Assembly: GCA_036170915.1 (NCBI GenBank)
Contig: JAVHQC010000006.1
Coordinates: 128,001 to 192,000, forward strand
Reading direction: 5' to 3'
From: Cyanobacteria bacterium auto_48_18
GTDB lineage: Bacteria; Cyanobacteriota; Vampirovibrionia; Obscuribacterales; Obscuribacteraceae
Length of the DNA: 64,000 nt
Every line of letters starts with the position of its first letter. The stretch's first letter is position 1. Below, piece after piece: positions 19,585-29,293 of the stretch. The translations under genes and the position numbers were made by a program. The notes under the pieces are model-generated. The model had not been told where the DNA came from and ran no database searches. It saw only the letters and a program-made list of their open reading frames with translations.

Positions 19585-20385
19585 ATGGGTCTTAGAGGGT
19601 TGGTCTTAATGCAATTTGCGTTTGGGCTTTATATTCGAACTTTTGCCGCAGCGGTGCTTATTGCGGCGACTACCCTGATGCTACACGTCTGCCCTCCTGC
19701 AGCTTCCGCGTTTTCAAACTCTCGTGAATATTTTATCGATGACGTCATTATTGAAGGTAATCGTTTAGTATCTACGGAAGAAATTTCACGGGTTATAAAA
19801 ACCCGCAAAGGCGACAAGTACGATCGCGACGTAGTTCTGCAAGACTTAAGGGCTATTCACGAGCTTGGTTGTTTTGATGAAGAAAGTCTTGCCGTTAATC
19901 CGACGTTGACGCCGAGAGGCGTGTTACTAAAGATTTGTGTAAAAGAAAACCCTACAGTTCAGCAATTTATTGTCAGCGGCAACGACTCAATTGCTTCAGA
20001 ACAGATTACAAAAATATTTTCAAATCAGTTGTTCAAGCCGCAGAACTTCAATAACTTAGTCTCTGCCATTGACCAAGTCGAATGCGTCTATCAAGAAAAG
20101 GGCTTCGTCTTAGCTCGTGTTGTGGACGTCAAAGACGGGCCCGATGGTTCTATAGAATTGGTCATAAACGAAGGCATACTTGAAAATATTGTCTTCGTCG
20201 GAAATGTAAACTTGAGCCATGCATGCCTAAAGGCAATGCTTAAGTTAGAACCTGTCGGTGCCATTAAAGAATTTCCCTACAACAATAATGCTAAGGCAAG
20301 GGCGGCTGCGCGGCTGAACCGATTTGAATCTGAGACATTTCCCGTTCTGAAACTACTAATGCCACACTCTCGTATTGTCAAGTGA
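19585..20385 (+). CDS. POTRA-only protein, a truncated paralog of the adjacent BamA N-terminus (possible pseudogene)
   Basis: About 160 aa colinear with BamA POTRA1-2 (IEGNRLVSTEEIS, KTRKGDKYDRDVV, KGFVLARV); no beta-barrel. Confidence 0.75.
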   Translation: MGLRGLVLMQFAFGLYIRTFAAAVLIAATTLMLHVCPPAASAFSNSREYFIDDVIIEGNRLVSTEEISRVIKTRKGDKYDRDVVLQDLRAIHELGCFDEESLAVNPTLTPRGVLLKICVKENPTVQQFIVSGNDSIASEQITKIFSNQLFKPQNFNNLVSAIDQVECVYQEKGFVLARVVDVKDGPDGSIELVINEGILENIVFVGNVNLSHACLKAMLKLEPVGAIKEFPYNNNAKARAAARLNRFESETFPVLKLLMPHSRIVK

Positions 20386-20414
20386 TTAGCATTTGCTCAG
20401 AAGTCTCTCTTTAC

Positions 20415-20440
20415 GCAACACCTTGGCATGCATTGACGTC
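20415..20440 (+). promoter_or_regulatory. Putative ECF-sigma promoter of bamA
   Basis: GCAAC-N17-CGTC, 52 bp before the bamA start; same pattern in front of lptD. Confidence 0.55.
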
Positions 20441-20492
20441 ATGTTAGAATAGGGCTGCCGAAGCGGCACAAATAGTAACCAGTAGGCATCTA

Positions 20493-22484
20493 GTGAAGTT
20501 TCAAAGTTCGAGAAATTTAAAAGCATCGTCTGTGGTGGCAAGGCTTCTGTCAGCGTCTCTGGCGCTTTCAATTAGTGTTGCTCCTGCTTTTGCTCAATCA
20601 ATGGCCGAGCCTACATTCAAACTTCCCAATCAACAGTCTTCTTCTCCTGCACCAGCAGCGAGCAACTATCTTGTCGATGACGTCAAAATTGAAGGCAATA
20701 GACTTGTTTCTACAGAAGAAATAAGTAAAGTCGTCAAAACTCGCAAGGGCGATAAATATGACCGCGATGTGGTCATGCAAGATTTAAAAGCCATCCACGG
20801 CCTGGGTTATTTTGACGAACAAAGTCTGGCTGTAAATCCTGAGATGACTTCCAGCGGTGTCTTGCTCAAAATTCGAGTGGTTGAAAATGCTCCAATTACG
20901 CAGTTTTCAATTCGCGGCAATGAAGCCATTTCGACAGAAGAAATAACCAAACTTTTTTCAGACCAGCTGGGTAAACCGCAAAATTTAAACGCACTTTCAT
21001 CGGCAATTGAAAAAGTTGAACAGAGCTATCATGAGAAAGGCTTTGTGCTGGCTCGTGTGACCGATGTCAAAGACGATCCAGACGGCTCAGTAGAACTCGT
21101 TATTAATGAAGGCACCATCGACAATATCGAAATTGTCGGCAATAAAAAAACGCAAGATTTCATTATCAGGCACGGCATCAAAACCAAAGCCGGAGCCGTC
21201 TACAACGAAAGACAGTTAACCAATGATTTGCGCAAGCTTTACGCCAATGGTTATTTCCAAGACATAAGACGCTCGCTGGTGCCTTCGACTACCAATCCAG
21301 ACAAGTACACCTTAAAGGTCGAAGTAGACGAAAAGCGCACCGGATCTGTTGGCCTTGGTGGTGGCGTTGATTCGGTGGCCGGACCATTTGGCTCGCTTAG
21401 CTTTTCTGACGGCAATTTTAGAGGCCGCGGGCAAATACTTTCATTCAGTTCGCAGGTGGGTTCCGGCACATTCAATAGTGTAAGCAATAACATCAATAAT
21501 GGCGGCAGTACGTTCTTACCCACTGGTCGTACATACAACTTAGAAGCCAATTTCGTTGAACCCAGCCTTAGAGGGTCTGACGTTTCTATGGCGATAAATG
21601 CTTCTGGTCGCAATATGGGCAGCATGTTTATTGACCAGGCTATGCAACGCACAGTGGGCCTGAGCACCACGTTTTCTAAACCTTTGGCTCACGGATGGAA
21701 CGCTAATTTAGGTATCCTCGGTGAAAATACGGCACTGAAAAACGTAGCCGGAGTATCTGCGACGCAAGACATTTTGACCTCGATGCAAAATCGCGCACTG
21801 GCCAGCGGATTGGCCACAACTCAAGAAGGTGCGACTCTCCTGGCGGGACAATCAAGAGCTGAGCAACTTAAAGGTGGCACCTATTTAAGCGTCAGCCCAT
21901 CTCTCACTCGTGATACCAGAGATAGTGCCATGGATCCTACATCAGGATCTTTTTTGAAAGCTTCTGTAAGCCCTTCAGCTGGTCTGGGTGGCGGCTTTGT
22001 TAAAGGTGGCATTAGTGCCAGTAAATACAAGGCCCTGGGCAAAAACTTCACTTTGGCAATGAATGCGCAAGCAGGCAGTTCGTTTGGCGGTTTGCCGCAG
22101 TTTGCTCAATATAGACTGGGCGGCTGGAATGGCGTACGCGGTTACCGTTCGTTTTCCGACCTTGGTACTGGGGCGGGCATGCTTATGGGCACGGCTGAAA
22201 TTAGAGCAAAGCTTGCTTTCTTGCCTGATGACAACAAAATCACCAGCACCATTAAAAAGAATGTGCGTGGAGTTGCTTTCTTAGATTACGGTCAGGTGAT
22301 TGGCAACGGTACCACCAATACCCTTTTATCTCGTTCTAGCTTTGGTGCTTCCGTTGGTGTCGGTCTGCGCATCAACATGCCCATGATTGGTATGGTACGC
22401 ATTGATTACGGCCTGCCTATCGTCAGCTCCATTCTTGGTGCGCGTACACCGCGTATGACCGTAGGTTTTGGAGAGAAGTTTTAA
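20493..22484 (+). CDS. bamA: Omp85/BamA outer-membrane protein assembly factor (3 POTRA, cyanobacterial type)
   Basis: Signal peptide, three POTRA domains, barrel motif GVRGY, C-terminal RIDYG...GFGEKF; upstream of skp-lpxD. Confidence 0.92.
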   Translation: MKFQSSRNLKASSVVARLLSASLALSISVAPAFAQSMAEPTFKLPNQQSSSPAPAASNYLVDDVKIEGNRLVSTEEISKVVKTRKGDKYDRDVVMQDLKAIHGLGYFDEQSLAVNPEMTSSGVLLKIRVVENAPITQFSIRGNEAISTEEITKLFSDQLGKPQNLNALSSAIEKVEQSYHEKGFVLARVTDVKDDPDGSVELVINEGTIDNIEIVGNKKTQDFIIRHGIKTKAGAVYNERQLTNDLRKLYANGYFQDIRRSLVPSTTNPDKYTLKVEVDEKRTGSVGLGGGVDSVAGPFGSLSFSDGNFRGRGQILSFSSQVGSGTFNSVSNNINNGGSTFLPTGRTYNLEANFVEPSLRGSDVSMAINASGRNMGSMFIDQAMQRTVGLSTTFSKPLAHGWNANLGILGENTALKNVAGVSATQDILTSMQNRALASGLATTQEGATLLAGQSRAEQLKGGTYLSVSPSLTRDTRDSAMDPTSGSFLKASVSPSAGLGGGFVKGGISASKYKALGKNFTLAMNAQAGSSFGGLPQFAQYRLGGWNGVRGYRSFSDLGTGAGMLMGTAEIRAKLAFLPDDNKITSTIKKNVRGVAFLDYGQVIGNGTTNTLLSRSSFGASVGVGLRINMPMIGMVRIDYGLPIVSSILGARTPRMTVGFGEKF

Positions 22485-22593
22485 TAACACCCGTTCAGCT
22501 ATGCTGGTTTGAGCCGGCCTAATGTTGTAAACTGTGCGCTCGGGCCTATTTACATGGTTAAGTGTTACCTGAATATATTCTTTGGAGAGATGA

Positions 22594-23115
22594 ATGCAGT
22601 ACGTTCAAAAGTCTTCCGCCGTTATTGCCAGCGCAATTCTGTCAGTTGTTATCGCCTCCGGCGCGCTTGCACAGGGAACCGCCGCTGTTAAAGCAGCCAC
22701 TCTTGGTGTAGTCGATCGCGACAAAGTGATAACCAGCTTCCCAAAAGCACAAGCAGCCGCTGAAGACCTCAAAAAAACTGAAGACTCAGTGAAAAAGTTG
22801 CTTGAAGAGTCAAACAGACAGTACGAAGATGCTAAGAATGCCAAAAAGCCTCAAGCCGAATTGGAATCTTTGCAAAAGCGTTTGCAAGCCAAAATTGATG
22901 AAGAGTACAAGAGAGCCACATCTAAGGCTCAAGGTCTTGAAACTTCACTCGAAAATGACATTGATAGCGCTATCAAAGCTGAAGCTGCAAGCCGCAAGCT
23001 CGATACCGTATTGATGAAGGGTGCTGTTTTGATGGGTGGTGTTGATATTACTGATGGCGTTGTAAAGCGCCTTGGTGTTTCAGCCAGTGCTTCATCTAAA
23101 TCTGCCATCAAATAA
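22594..23115 (+). CDS. skp: OmpH/Skp periplasmic chaperone
   Basis: Signal peptide, GVVD, long coiled coil, GGVDITDGVVKRL; canonical bamA-skp-lpxD position. Confidence 0.85.
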   Translation: MQYVQKSSAVIASAILSVVIASGALAQGTAAVKAATLGVVDRDKVITSFPKAQAAAEDLKKTEDSVKKLLEESNRQYEDAKNAKKPQAELESLQKRLQAKIDEEYKRATSKAQGLETSLENDIDSAIKAEAASRKLDTVLMKGAVLMGGVDITDGVVKRLGVSASASSKSAIK

Positions 23116-23160
23116 TGGCTACTGTGGTGATTCGCCTTTGAGTCTTATTTTATGATCGTC

Positions 23161-23198
23161 ACTTTACCCGTGCTTTTGCGCGGGTAAAGTTGTTTTTT
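23161..23198 (+). terminator. Intrinsic terminator-like hairpin between skp and lpxD
   Basis: ACTTTACCCGTGC-TTTT-GCGCGGGTAAAGT followed by tgtttttt. Confidence 0.7.
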
Positions 23199-23228
23199 GT
23201 ACCTATTCAACAATGAAGGAGACCTGAG

Positions 23229-24344
23229 ATGAGGCTGCCGCAAGCAATGAATTTGGGTCAGATCGCCGGATTGATCGGCGGCCGTGTGCACGGTGATTCG
23301 TCAATAATGGTGGAGAGTGTTTCCCCTTCTCCCCTTAATGCTAAAGATGATGATCTTGCTTTCGTATTTGAACAGAAACTGGTAAAAAAACTTTCTCAGT
23401 GCAAAGCAATAGCGGTAGTTGCTCCTTTTGGTACTGAGGTTGATTATCCTGAGCGCAATATGATTCTGGTCGAAAGGCCAAATCTAGCCATTCAAAAAGT
23501 ATTGGCAGCCCTGGCTCCCAAGCGCTTTTACCCAGAAAAAGGTATACACCCCACAGCGGTGGTTGATAGCTCTGCCACTATTGGTGAAGGCGCCTGCATT
23601 GGTGCATACGTAGTAATTGGACCGAAAAGCAAAATCGGTGATCGCACCATCATCATGCCCCATTGCGTTATTGGTGGCGCCGTTGAAATAGGCACCGATT
23701 CTATTTTGCATCCCAGTTGCTTAATTGCCGACTACTGCAAAATCGGCTCTCACTGTATTTTGCAGCAGGGCGCCAGCATGGGTGCTGATGGCTTCGGCTA
23801 CGTCACTGAAAGACCAAGCAATTTCGAAAAGAATATTGCCGGTACCAAAGATTTTTCCGATGATGCCAATCCGCTTTTGAAAATTCCTCAGATCGGGAAT
23901 GTGGTTCTGGAAGATTATGTCGAAGTGGGCTCATATGCCACAATTGACCGTGCCACCATGGGCGCTACCGTTATTGGTCAGGGCACCAAGATTGATAATC
24001 TGGTGATGATTGCCCACAACAATCGCTTAGGGCGAGAGTGTCTGGTTGTCGCCAGCGCTTCTATTGGCGGCTCATGTTCTATCGGTGATCGTGCCGTGCT
24101 CGGCGGCGGTGCCAATTTGAGCGACCACCTCAAGTTAGGCAATGACGCTGTATTATCAGGTGGCTCTGGTGCTATGAAAAATATTGATGCCGGAGATATT
24201 CATGCGGGCACGCCTGCCATGCCGGCTCGCGAATTCTTTGCCATGTACGCTAACTTGCGGCGTTTGCCCAGAGTGACCGATGACGTAAAAGATCTAAAAA
24301 GACGAATTGCTCTTTTGGAGGAGCAAATTCTCGGGGGGAAATAA
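23229..24344 (+). CDS. lpxD: UDP-3-O-acylglucosamine N-acyltransferase
   Basis: GIHPTAVVD, hexapeptide repeats, GADGFGY, TIDRA, TKIDNLVMIAHN. Confidence 0.95.
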   Translation: MRLPQAMNLGQIAGLIGGRVHGDSSIMVESVSPSPLNAKDDDLAFVFEQKLVKKLSQCKAIAVVAPFGTEVDYPERNMILVERPNLAIQKVLAALAPKRFYPEKGIHPTAVVDSSATIGEGACIGAYVVIGPKSKIGDRTIIMPHCVIGGAVEIGTDSILHPSCLIADYCKIGSHCILQQGASMGADGFGYVTERPSNFEKNIAGTKDFSDDANPLLKIPQIGNVVLEDYVEVGSYATIDRATMGATVIGQGTKIDNLVMIAHNNRLGRECLVVASASIGGSCSIGDRAVLGGGANLSDHLKLGNDAVLSGGSGAMKNIDAGDIHAGTPAMPAREFFAMYANLRRLPRVTDDVKDLKRRIALLEEQILGGK

Positions 24345-25190
24345 ATGTCGATTTCGAACCAGGCGATCAATCTTCATCATATGTTAGCCGCAAGCCCTAA
24401 ACTGGCTTCGTACAGTGGCCGGGGCATGACTTCGAAACAAGATATTTTGGTTGAGCTTTATCAAGCTCCACCCGGAAGTGGTATCACTTTTCTATGCACC
24501 ACTGGTGATCAAAAAGATCTTGTGGCTGTGCCGGCCAGGGCCAGCTCAGTGGTCAACACTTTGCGCAATGTGGTTGTGGGCAGCGGCAAGACCAGACTTT
24601 GCATCGTCGAGCATTTTTTATGCGCTGCTACTCTCTGGGGTCTTGAAGATCTTTACGTTATGGTTGATGGGCCTGAGATGCCGCTAGCTGATGGCAGTGC
24701 GCAGTTCTGGATTGAGCTTTTTGAAAGCGCTGGCATCGAACGCAAACAAGTTGTTTGTGACATTACACTGCGTGAGGTAGTGTCTGTCAGTAAAGGCGAT
24801 CGTTCAATTTTAGCGGTGCCGGCGGACAATTTTTCAGTCACCTATTTGATGGATTGGAAGCATCCAAAAATTGGCCAGGTGTGGAAGAGCTGGGACCAGA
24901 CTCAAGATATTAAAGAGGTCTATGCGGCGCGCACCTTCGGTATGCTCAAAGAGCACGAGATGCTTGGTCTGGTGAATGACGTGGTCAGCATCACTGAAGA
25001 CGATTTTACTATGCCGCTGCGTTCACCCGATGAACCGGTTAGGCACAAATTGCTCGACTTGATTGGCGATTTGGCTTTATGTGGAGTCAATCCGCTACGG
25101 GTCAAAGCTCGCTTTATCAGCACGAAAGCAGGCCATGAACTTGACGTAGAAATAGCTAAGAAACTGCAAGCGCTTCTCTGTCAACAATAG
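24345..25190 (+). CDS. lpxC: UDP-3-O-acyl-GlcNAc deacetylase
   Basis: IVEHFL, EMPLADGSA, ARTFG, Zn motif RHKLLDLIGDL, AGH. Confidence 0.92.
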   Translation: MSISNQAINLHHMLAASPKLASYSGRGMTSKQDILVELYQAPPGSGITFLCTTGDQKDLVAVPARASSVVNTLRNVVVGSGKTRLCIVEHFLCAATLWGLEDLYVMVDGPEMPLADGSAQFWIELFESAGIERKQVVCDITLREVVSVSKGDRSILAVPADNFSVTYLMDWKHPKIGQVWKSWDQTQDIKEVYAARTFGMLKEHEMLGLVNDVVSITEDDFTMPLRSPDEPVRHKLLDLIGDLALCGVNPLRVKARFISTKAGHELDVEIAKKLQALLCQQ

Positions 25191-25198
25191 AGGTAACG

Positions 25199-26650
25199 AT
25201 GTACAAAATCGGTTTAGCTTTTGCCTTGTGCTTGACCATGGCCCTGCAAATGCCGGTTAATGCCGCCGAAACTGTTGCAGCCGGCGGTTCGCAGGGCATT
25301 TCGCTCACCGTGTACAACCAGAATTTTGGCCTTGTTAAAGATACACGCAATATCGACCTGGTGAGTGGCACAAATTATTTACGTTTCGAAGATGTTGCTG
25401 CAGCGATTGATCCGACAACTGTTAGCTTTAGCTCAATCACCGCACCTAACTCAGTGGTGGTGCGGGAACAAAATTATCAGTATGACTTGATGGATGTAGG
25501 CACCATTCTTTCTAAGTCGGTGGGTAAAGAGATAACAATTCGTCAGTACACAAATGGTGGTGTGCAGGAAGTAAGGGGCACTCTTTTAAATCAGCCTGTG
25601 GTCACTGTTGCTGATAGCAACGGTAATTTATCTACTCGTACTCAAAGCATTGTTCTTAAGACCGCTTCAGGAATTCTGGTGGGCCCTTCCGGTGAAGTAG
25701 AGCTTGCTGCTTTGCCTGCCGGTCTTGTTTCTAAACCGTCTTTGTTATGGAAACTGGAAAGTGATAAGGCTGGCCCACAGAAAGCTGAGATTAGCTATCA
25801 GACCCAGGGCTTAAACTGGAAATGCGATTATGTGGCAGTGGTTAATGCCGACGATACTTTGTCTGATCTGACTAGTTGGGTCACTCTTGATAATAAATCA
25901 GGTGCCACATATAAGAACGCTGCGCTGAAACTAATTGCTGGCGACGTGCACAAAATGCAAAATCAAGCGGTACCCTATGCCGCCCGGGCTAAAAGCTTGG
26001 AGGCCGCCTCACCGCAGTTTACTGAGCAATCTTTTGCCGAATATCACCTCTATGCTCTGGCTGGGAAAACTGATTTAAACAACAACGAAACCAAGCAATT
26101 GACGTTGTTTAATGCCACTGAAGTACCGGTGAAAAAGCTCTATGTGTTTGATTCAATAGATAGAAATTCTTATGACAGCATGTACGGTGTTCACAGCAAG
26201 TCGAATAAAATCAACGTCAAGCTCGAAATGTCCAACAGCAAGGCCAATAACCTGGGTATGCCCATGCCTAAAGGCAAGGTGCGCGTTTACAAAAAAGATA
26301 AAGATGGCGCCTTGCAATTTGTCGGCGAAGATCTAATTGACCATACACCTAGAGACGAAAAAATACGCATCTATTTAGGTAACGCCTTTGATATTGTGGG
26401 CGAACGCAAACAATTATTTCAGCAGCGAGTAAATGATCGCACGCGAAAACTTACTTATGAAATTACCATTCGTAACCATAAAGAAACGGCCGTTACAGTC
26501 AATTGTATTGAGCATAGCCGTGGTGATTGGAGAGTTACAGCGTCCAGTCATACCCCTGTTAGAAAAGATTCGCAGACCTTTGAATTTGCGGTAGAAGTGC
26601 CAGCTAATGGCGAAACCAAGGTGACCTACGACATTGAAGTGCGCTACTAA
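25199..26650 (+). CDS. Exported DUF4139-family protein, paralog 1
   Basis: Signal peptide; LTVYNQNFGLVKD, EQNYQYDL, LNWKCDY, LGMPMPKGKVRVY, GNAFDI. Confidence 0.78.
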   Translation: MYKIGLAFALCLTMALQMPVNAAETVAAGGSQGISLTVYNQNFGLVKDTRNIDLVSGTNYLRFEDVAAAIDPTTVSFSSITAPNSVVVREQNYQYDLMDVGTILSKSVGKEITIRQYTNGGVQEVRGTLLNQPVVTVADSNGNLSTRTQSIVLKTASGILVGPSGEVELAALPAGLVSKPSLLWKLESDKAGPQKAEISYQTQGLNWKCDYVAVVNADDTLSDLTSWVTLDNKSGATYKNAALKLIAGDVHKMQNQAVPYAARAKSLEAASPQFTEQSFAEYHLYALAGKTDLNNNETKQLTLFNATEVPVKKLYVFDSIDRNSYDSMYGVHSKSNKINVKLEMSNSKANNLGMPMPKGKVRVYKKDKDGALQFVGEDLIDHTPRDEKIRIYLGNAFDIVGERKQLFQQRVNDRTRKLTYEITIRNHKETAVTVNCIEHSRGDWRVTASSHTPVRKDSQTFEFAVEVPANGETKVTYDIEVRY

Positions 26651-26663
26651 AAAGGAGTTTCTC

Positions 26664-28268
26664 TTGTCATTAAAGCCTGTGCTACACCTCACACAATTAT
26701 TGTTGGCCCTGTCGCTGGCAACTTCCACATCCTTAACTTTTGTCGCTTCCCCCTGTTATGCCAAAGGCAAAGATAAAGACGGCCAAAAAGCAAAAGTAGA
26801 AAAAGTCAAAATAGAGAAGACTGAAGAAAAAATTGAAGTCGAGAGTAATGCACCGGCTGTACCAAAACCGGCAGCAGCTGACATTCCAGTAGTGTCTGCG
26901 TCAAAACGCATAGCACTGACCATTTACAATCAAAACTTTGGTCTGATTAAAGACGTTCGTGATATCAATCTGACAAAAGGTATAAACTATCTTCGTTTTG
27001 AAGATGTGGCTGCCGCAATCGACCCAACATCAGTAAGTTTTGCCGCTCTCACTAATCCAAACTCAGTGGCTGTGCGTGAACAGAACTATCAATATGACTT
27101 GATGGATCAAGCCACTATTCTTTCTCGCTCAGTGGGAAAACAAGTTAAATTTCGCCAGTTCATGAGCACCGGTGGTGTGCGTGAAATTACAGGTACATTG
27201 TTGTCATCGCCCCTGGTGACTGTGGCCGACTCAAACGGCAACTTACAGCAACAGAGCCAGTCAATAGTGGTGCAAACCGCGTCTGGTGTGGTGGTAGGTC
27301 CGCAAGGCGAACTTGAATTGGCTGAGTTACCAGCTGGGCTGGTAGCTAAACCCTCTTTATTGTGGAAATTGGAAAGCGATAAAAGTGGGGTTGAAGAGAG
27401 TGAAATCAGTTATCAAAGCCGTGGCTTAAACTGGAAGTGCGACTATGTAGCCGTTGCCAACGCTGACGATAGTGCCTGTGATTTAACTAGCTGGGTCACG
27501 CTTGATAATAAATCTGGTGCGACTTATAAAGATGCTGCTCTTAAACTTATGGCCGGCGATGTGCACAAAGTTGCCGAGCAGCCACAGCCTGAGATGATGA
27601 TGGCCAGAGGGGGTGCGGCAATGGACGCTGCCAGCCCACAGTTCCAAGAACAAAGTTTTGCCGAGTACCATTTGTATTCATTGCAAAACCGCACTGACTT
27701 GCTCGACAATGAGACCAAACAGTTGACTTTATTCAATGCCAGCAAAGTGCCGGTGAAAAAACTCTTTGTTTTTGACAGCAATAATGTCTCGGCAAATTAT
27801 GACGGAAGTGGCCAGCAGAGCCAGAAAGTCAATGTCAAATTGGAAGTTTTGAATAGCAAGGAAAACAATCTGGGCATGCCCATGCCTAAAGGCAAAGTCA
27901 GAGTTTATAAAAAAGACAATGATGGAGCCCTCCAGTTTGTTGGTGAAGATCAAATCGATCACACTGCCAGAGACGAAAAAGTGCGCATCTATCTCGGCGA
28001 TGCTTTTGACATTGCCGCAGAGCGCAAACAAACAAACCAGACGCAGGTCTCAGAAAAGGTTCAGCGCGCCAGCTTCTCTATTGAAATTCGTAACCATAAA
28101 GATAGCGAAATTACAGTGACTGCAATTGAACATGCATATGGAAACTGGAAAATTATTGAGTCAAGTCAACCGCATACTAAAAAAGATGCGCACACTTTTG
28201 AGTTTGCAATAAAAGTGCCTGCCAATGGCGCGACCACTGTCACTTACACTATCGAAAATCGCTATTAA
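26664..28268 (+). CDS. Exported DUF4139-family protein, paralog 2
   Basis: Colinear with paralog 1 plus a K/E-rich N-terminal extension; AAGGAG RBS before in-frame TTG 26664. Confidence 0.78.
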   Translation: MSLKPVLHLTQLLLALSLATSTSLTFVASPCYAKGKDKDGQKAKVEKVKIEKTEEKIEVESNAPAVPKPAAADIPVVSASKRIALTIYNQNFGLIKDVRDINLTKGINYLRFEDVAAAIDPTSVSFAALTNPNSVAVREQNYQYDLMDQATILSRSVGKQVKFRQFMSTGGVREITGTLLSSPLVTVADSNGNLQQQSQSIVVQTASGVVVGPQGELELAELPAGLVAKPSLLWKLESDKSGVEESEISYQSRGLNWKCDYVAVANADDSACDLTSWVTLDNKSGATYKDAALKLMAGDVHKVAEQPQPEMMMARGGAAMDAASPQFQEQSFAEYHLYSLQNRTDLLDNETKQLTLFNASKVPVKKLFVFDSNNVSANYDGSGQQSQKVNVKLEVLNSKENNLGMPMPKGKVRVYKKDNDGALQFVGEDQIDHTARDEKVRIYLGDAFDIAAERKQTNQTQVSEKVQRASFSIEIRNHKDSEITVTAIEHAYGNWKIIESSQPHTKKDAHTFEFAIKVPANGATTVTYTIENRY

Positions 28269-29287
28269 GTCGGCAGCTGCTTTTCAGCTAAGCTGTCGAG
28301 CACCAGTTGGCCCGCACCAACGATACCAGCCATGCCACCAAGGTTCGACTTGTGTATCATCAGATTTTCGCCCACTCGTGGCAGACAACGGTCGGTCACC
28401 ATCTCATGCAATAAACTAAAATCGACGCATTCAGCCATACCGCCGGTAATGATAAAAGCATCTGGGTCAAGAATGTGAGCTAGATTAACCAGACCAGCAG
28501 CAATGTGCTCGTGCCAGCTATCCATAGCTCTTTGAGCGACGATATCACCGCTTTTGGCAGCATCGACAATAGCGTAAGTAGTAAGCTTTTCACCTAAAGC
28601 GCATAGTGGCGTTTGATTGCTGCTTAAACCACTGAGAATATCTTTGGCGGTTGCAACTAAACCGCGGCCGGCGCCGTATGCTTCCCAGCAGTCAAACAGA
28701 CCGCAGGTGCAAAGCCTTTTATTGCCCATAGAAATGCGAATGTGGCCTATTTCGCCACCACCCCAGTGAGCGCCGCGAAAAAGCTTGCCATTGATTATCA
28801 GTCCGCCACCAATACCGGTGCCTAGAGTGACCACTGAAATACAACTGGTGCTCATCAGTTCTCTGGCGCTGGCTTCACCGTAAGCGGCTGCATTAGCGTC
28901 ATTATCTACCAGTGTGGGCAGCATGGTTTTTGATTCCAGCATCTGTTTCAGCGGAGTACCAGCCCAGCCTGGTAAGTTGCCGGTAGAACCAACAATTTCA
29001 CCAGTGTCGCAATTGACGATTCCAGCTGTAGCAATACCTACACCTGACAAAACATAGTCTTTCTGAAAATGTTTGATAAGGTCAATTATTGCATCGACGA
29101 TATTTTCGGGTCCGCTAGGAGTTGCTACTTGTTTCGGCTCTGAGATTAGCTTGCTGTCGATTACTGCTGCCGCTCGAATTTTTGTGCCGCCTAAGTCGAC
29201 GCCCACAGCCGGCATTCTGGTTTTGACTAAACTGTCTACAGACGTTGTTGTTGTTATTGCTTTTTCTGTCATCCTGTCTTTCCGCAC
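28265..29287 (-). CDS. ROK family sugar kinase
   Basis: GVDLGGTK, DNDANAAA, TLGTGIGGG, EIGH and CTCGLFDCWE Zn motif; no HTH. Confidence 0.92.
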   Translation of the reverse strand: MRKDRMTEKAITTTTSVDSLVKTRMPAVGVDLGGTKIRAAAVIDSKLISEPKQVATPSGPENIVDAIIDLIKHFQKDYVLSGVGIATAGIVNCDTGEIVGSTGNLPGWAGTPLKQMLESKTMLPTLVDNDANAAAYGEASARELMSTSCISVVTLGTGIGGGLIINGKLFRGAHWGGGEIGHIRISMGNKRLCTCGLFDCWEAYGAGRGLVATAKDILSGLSSNQTPLCALGEKLTTYAIVDAAKSGDIVAQRAMDSWHEHIAAGLVNLAHILDPDAFIITGGMAECVDFSLLHEMVTDRCLPRVGENLMIHKSNLGGMAGIVGAGQLVLDSLAEKQLPT

Positions 29288-29293
29288 TTTCGT

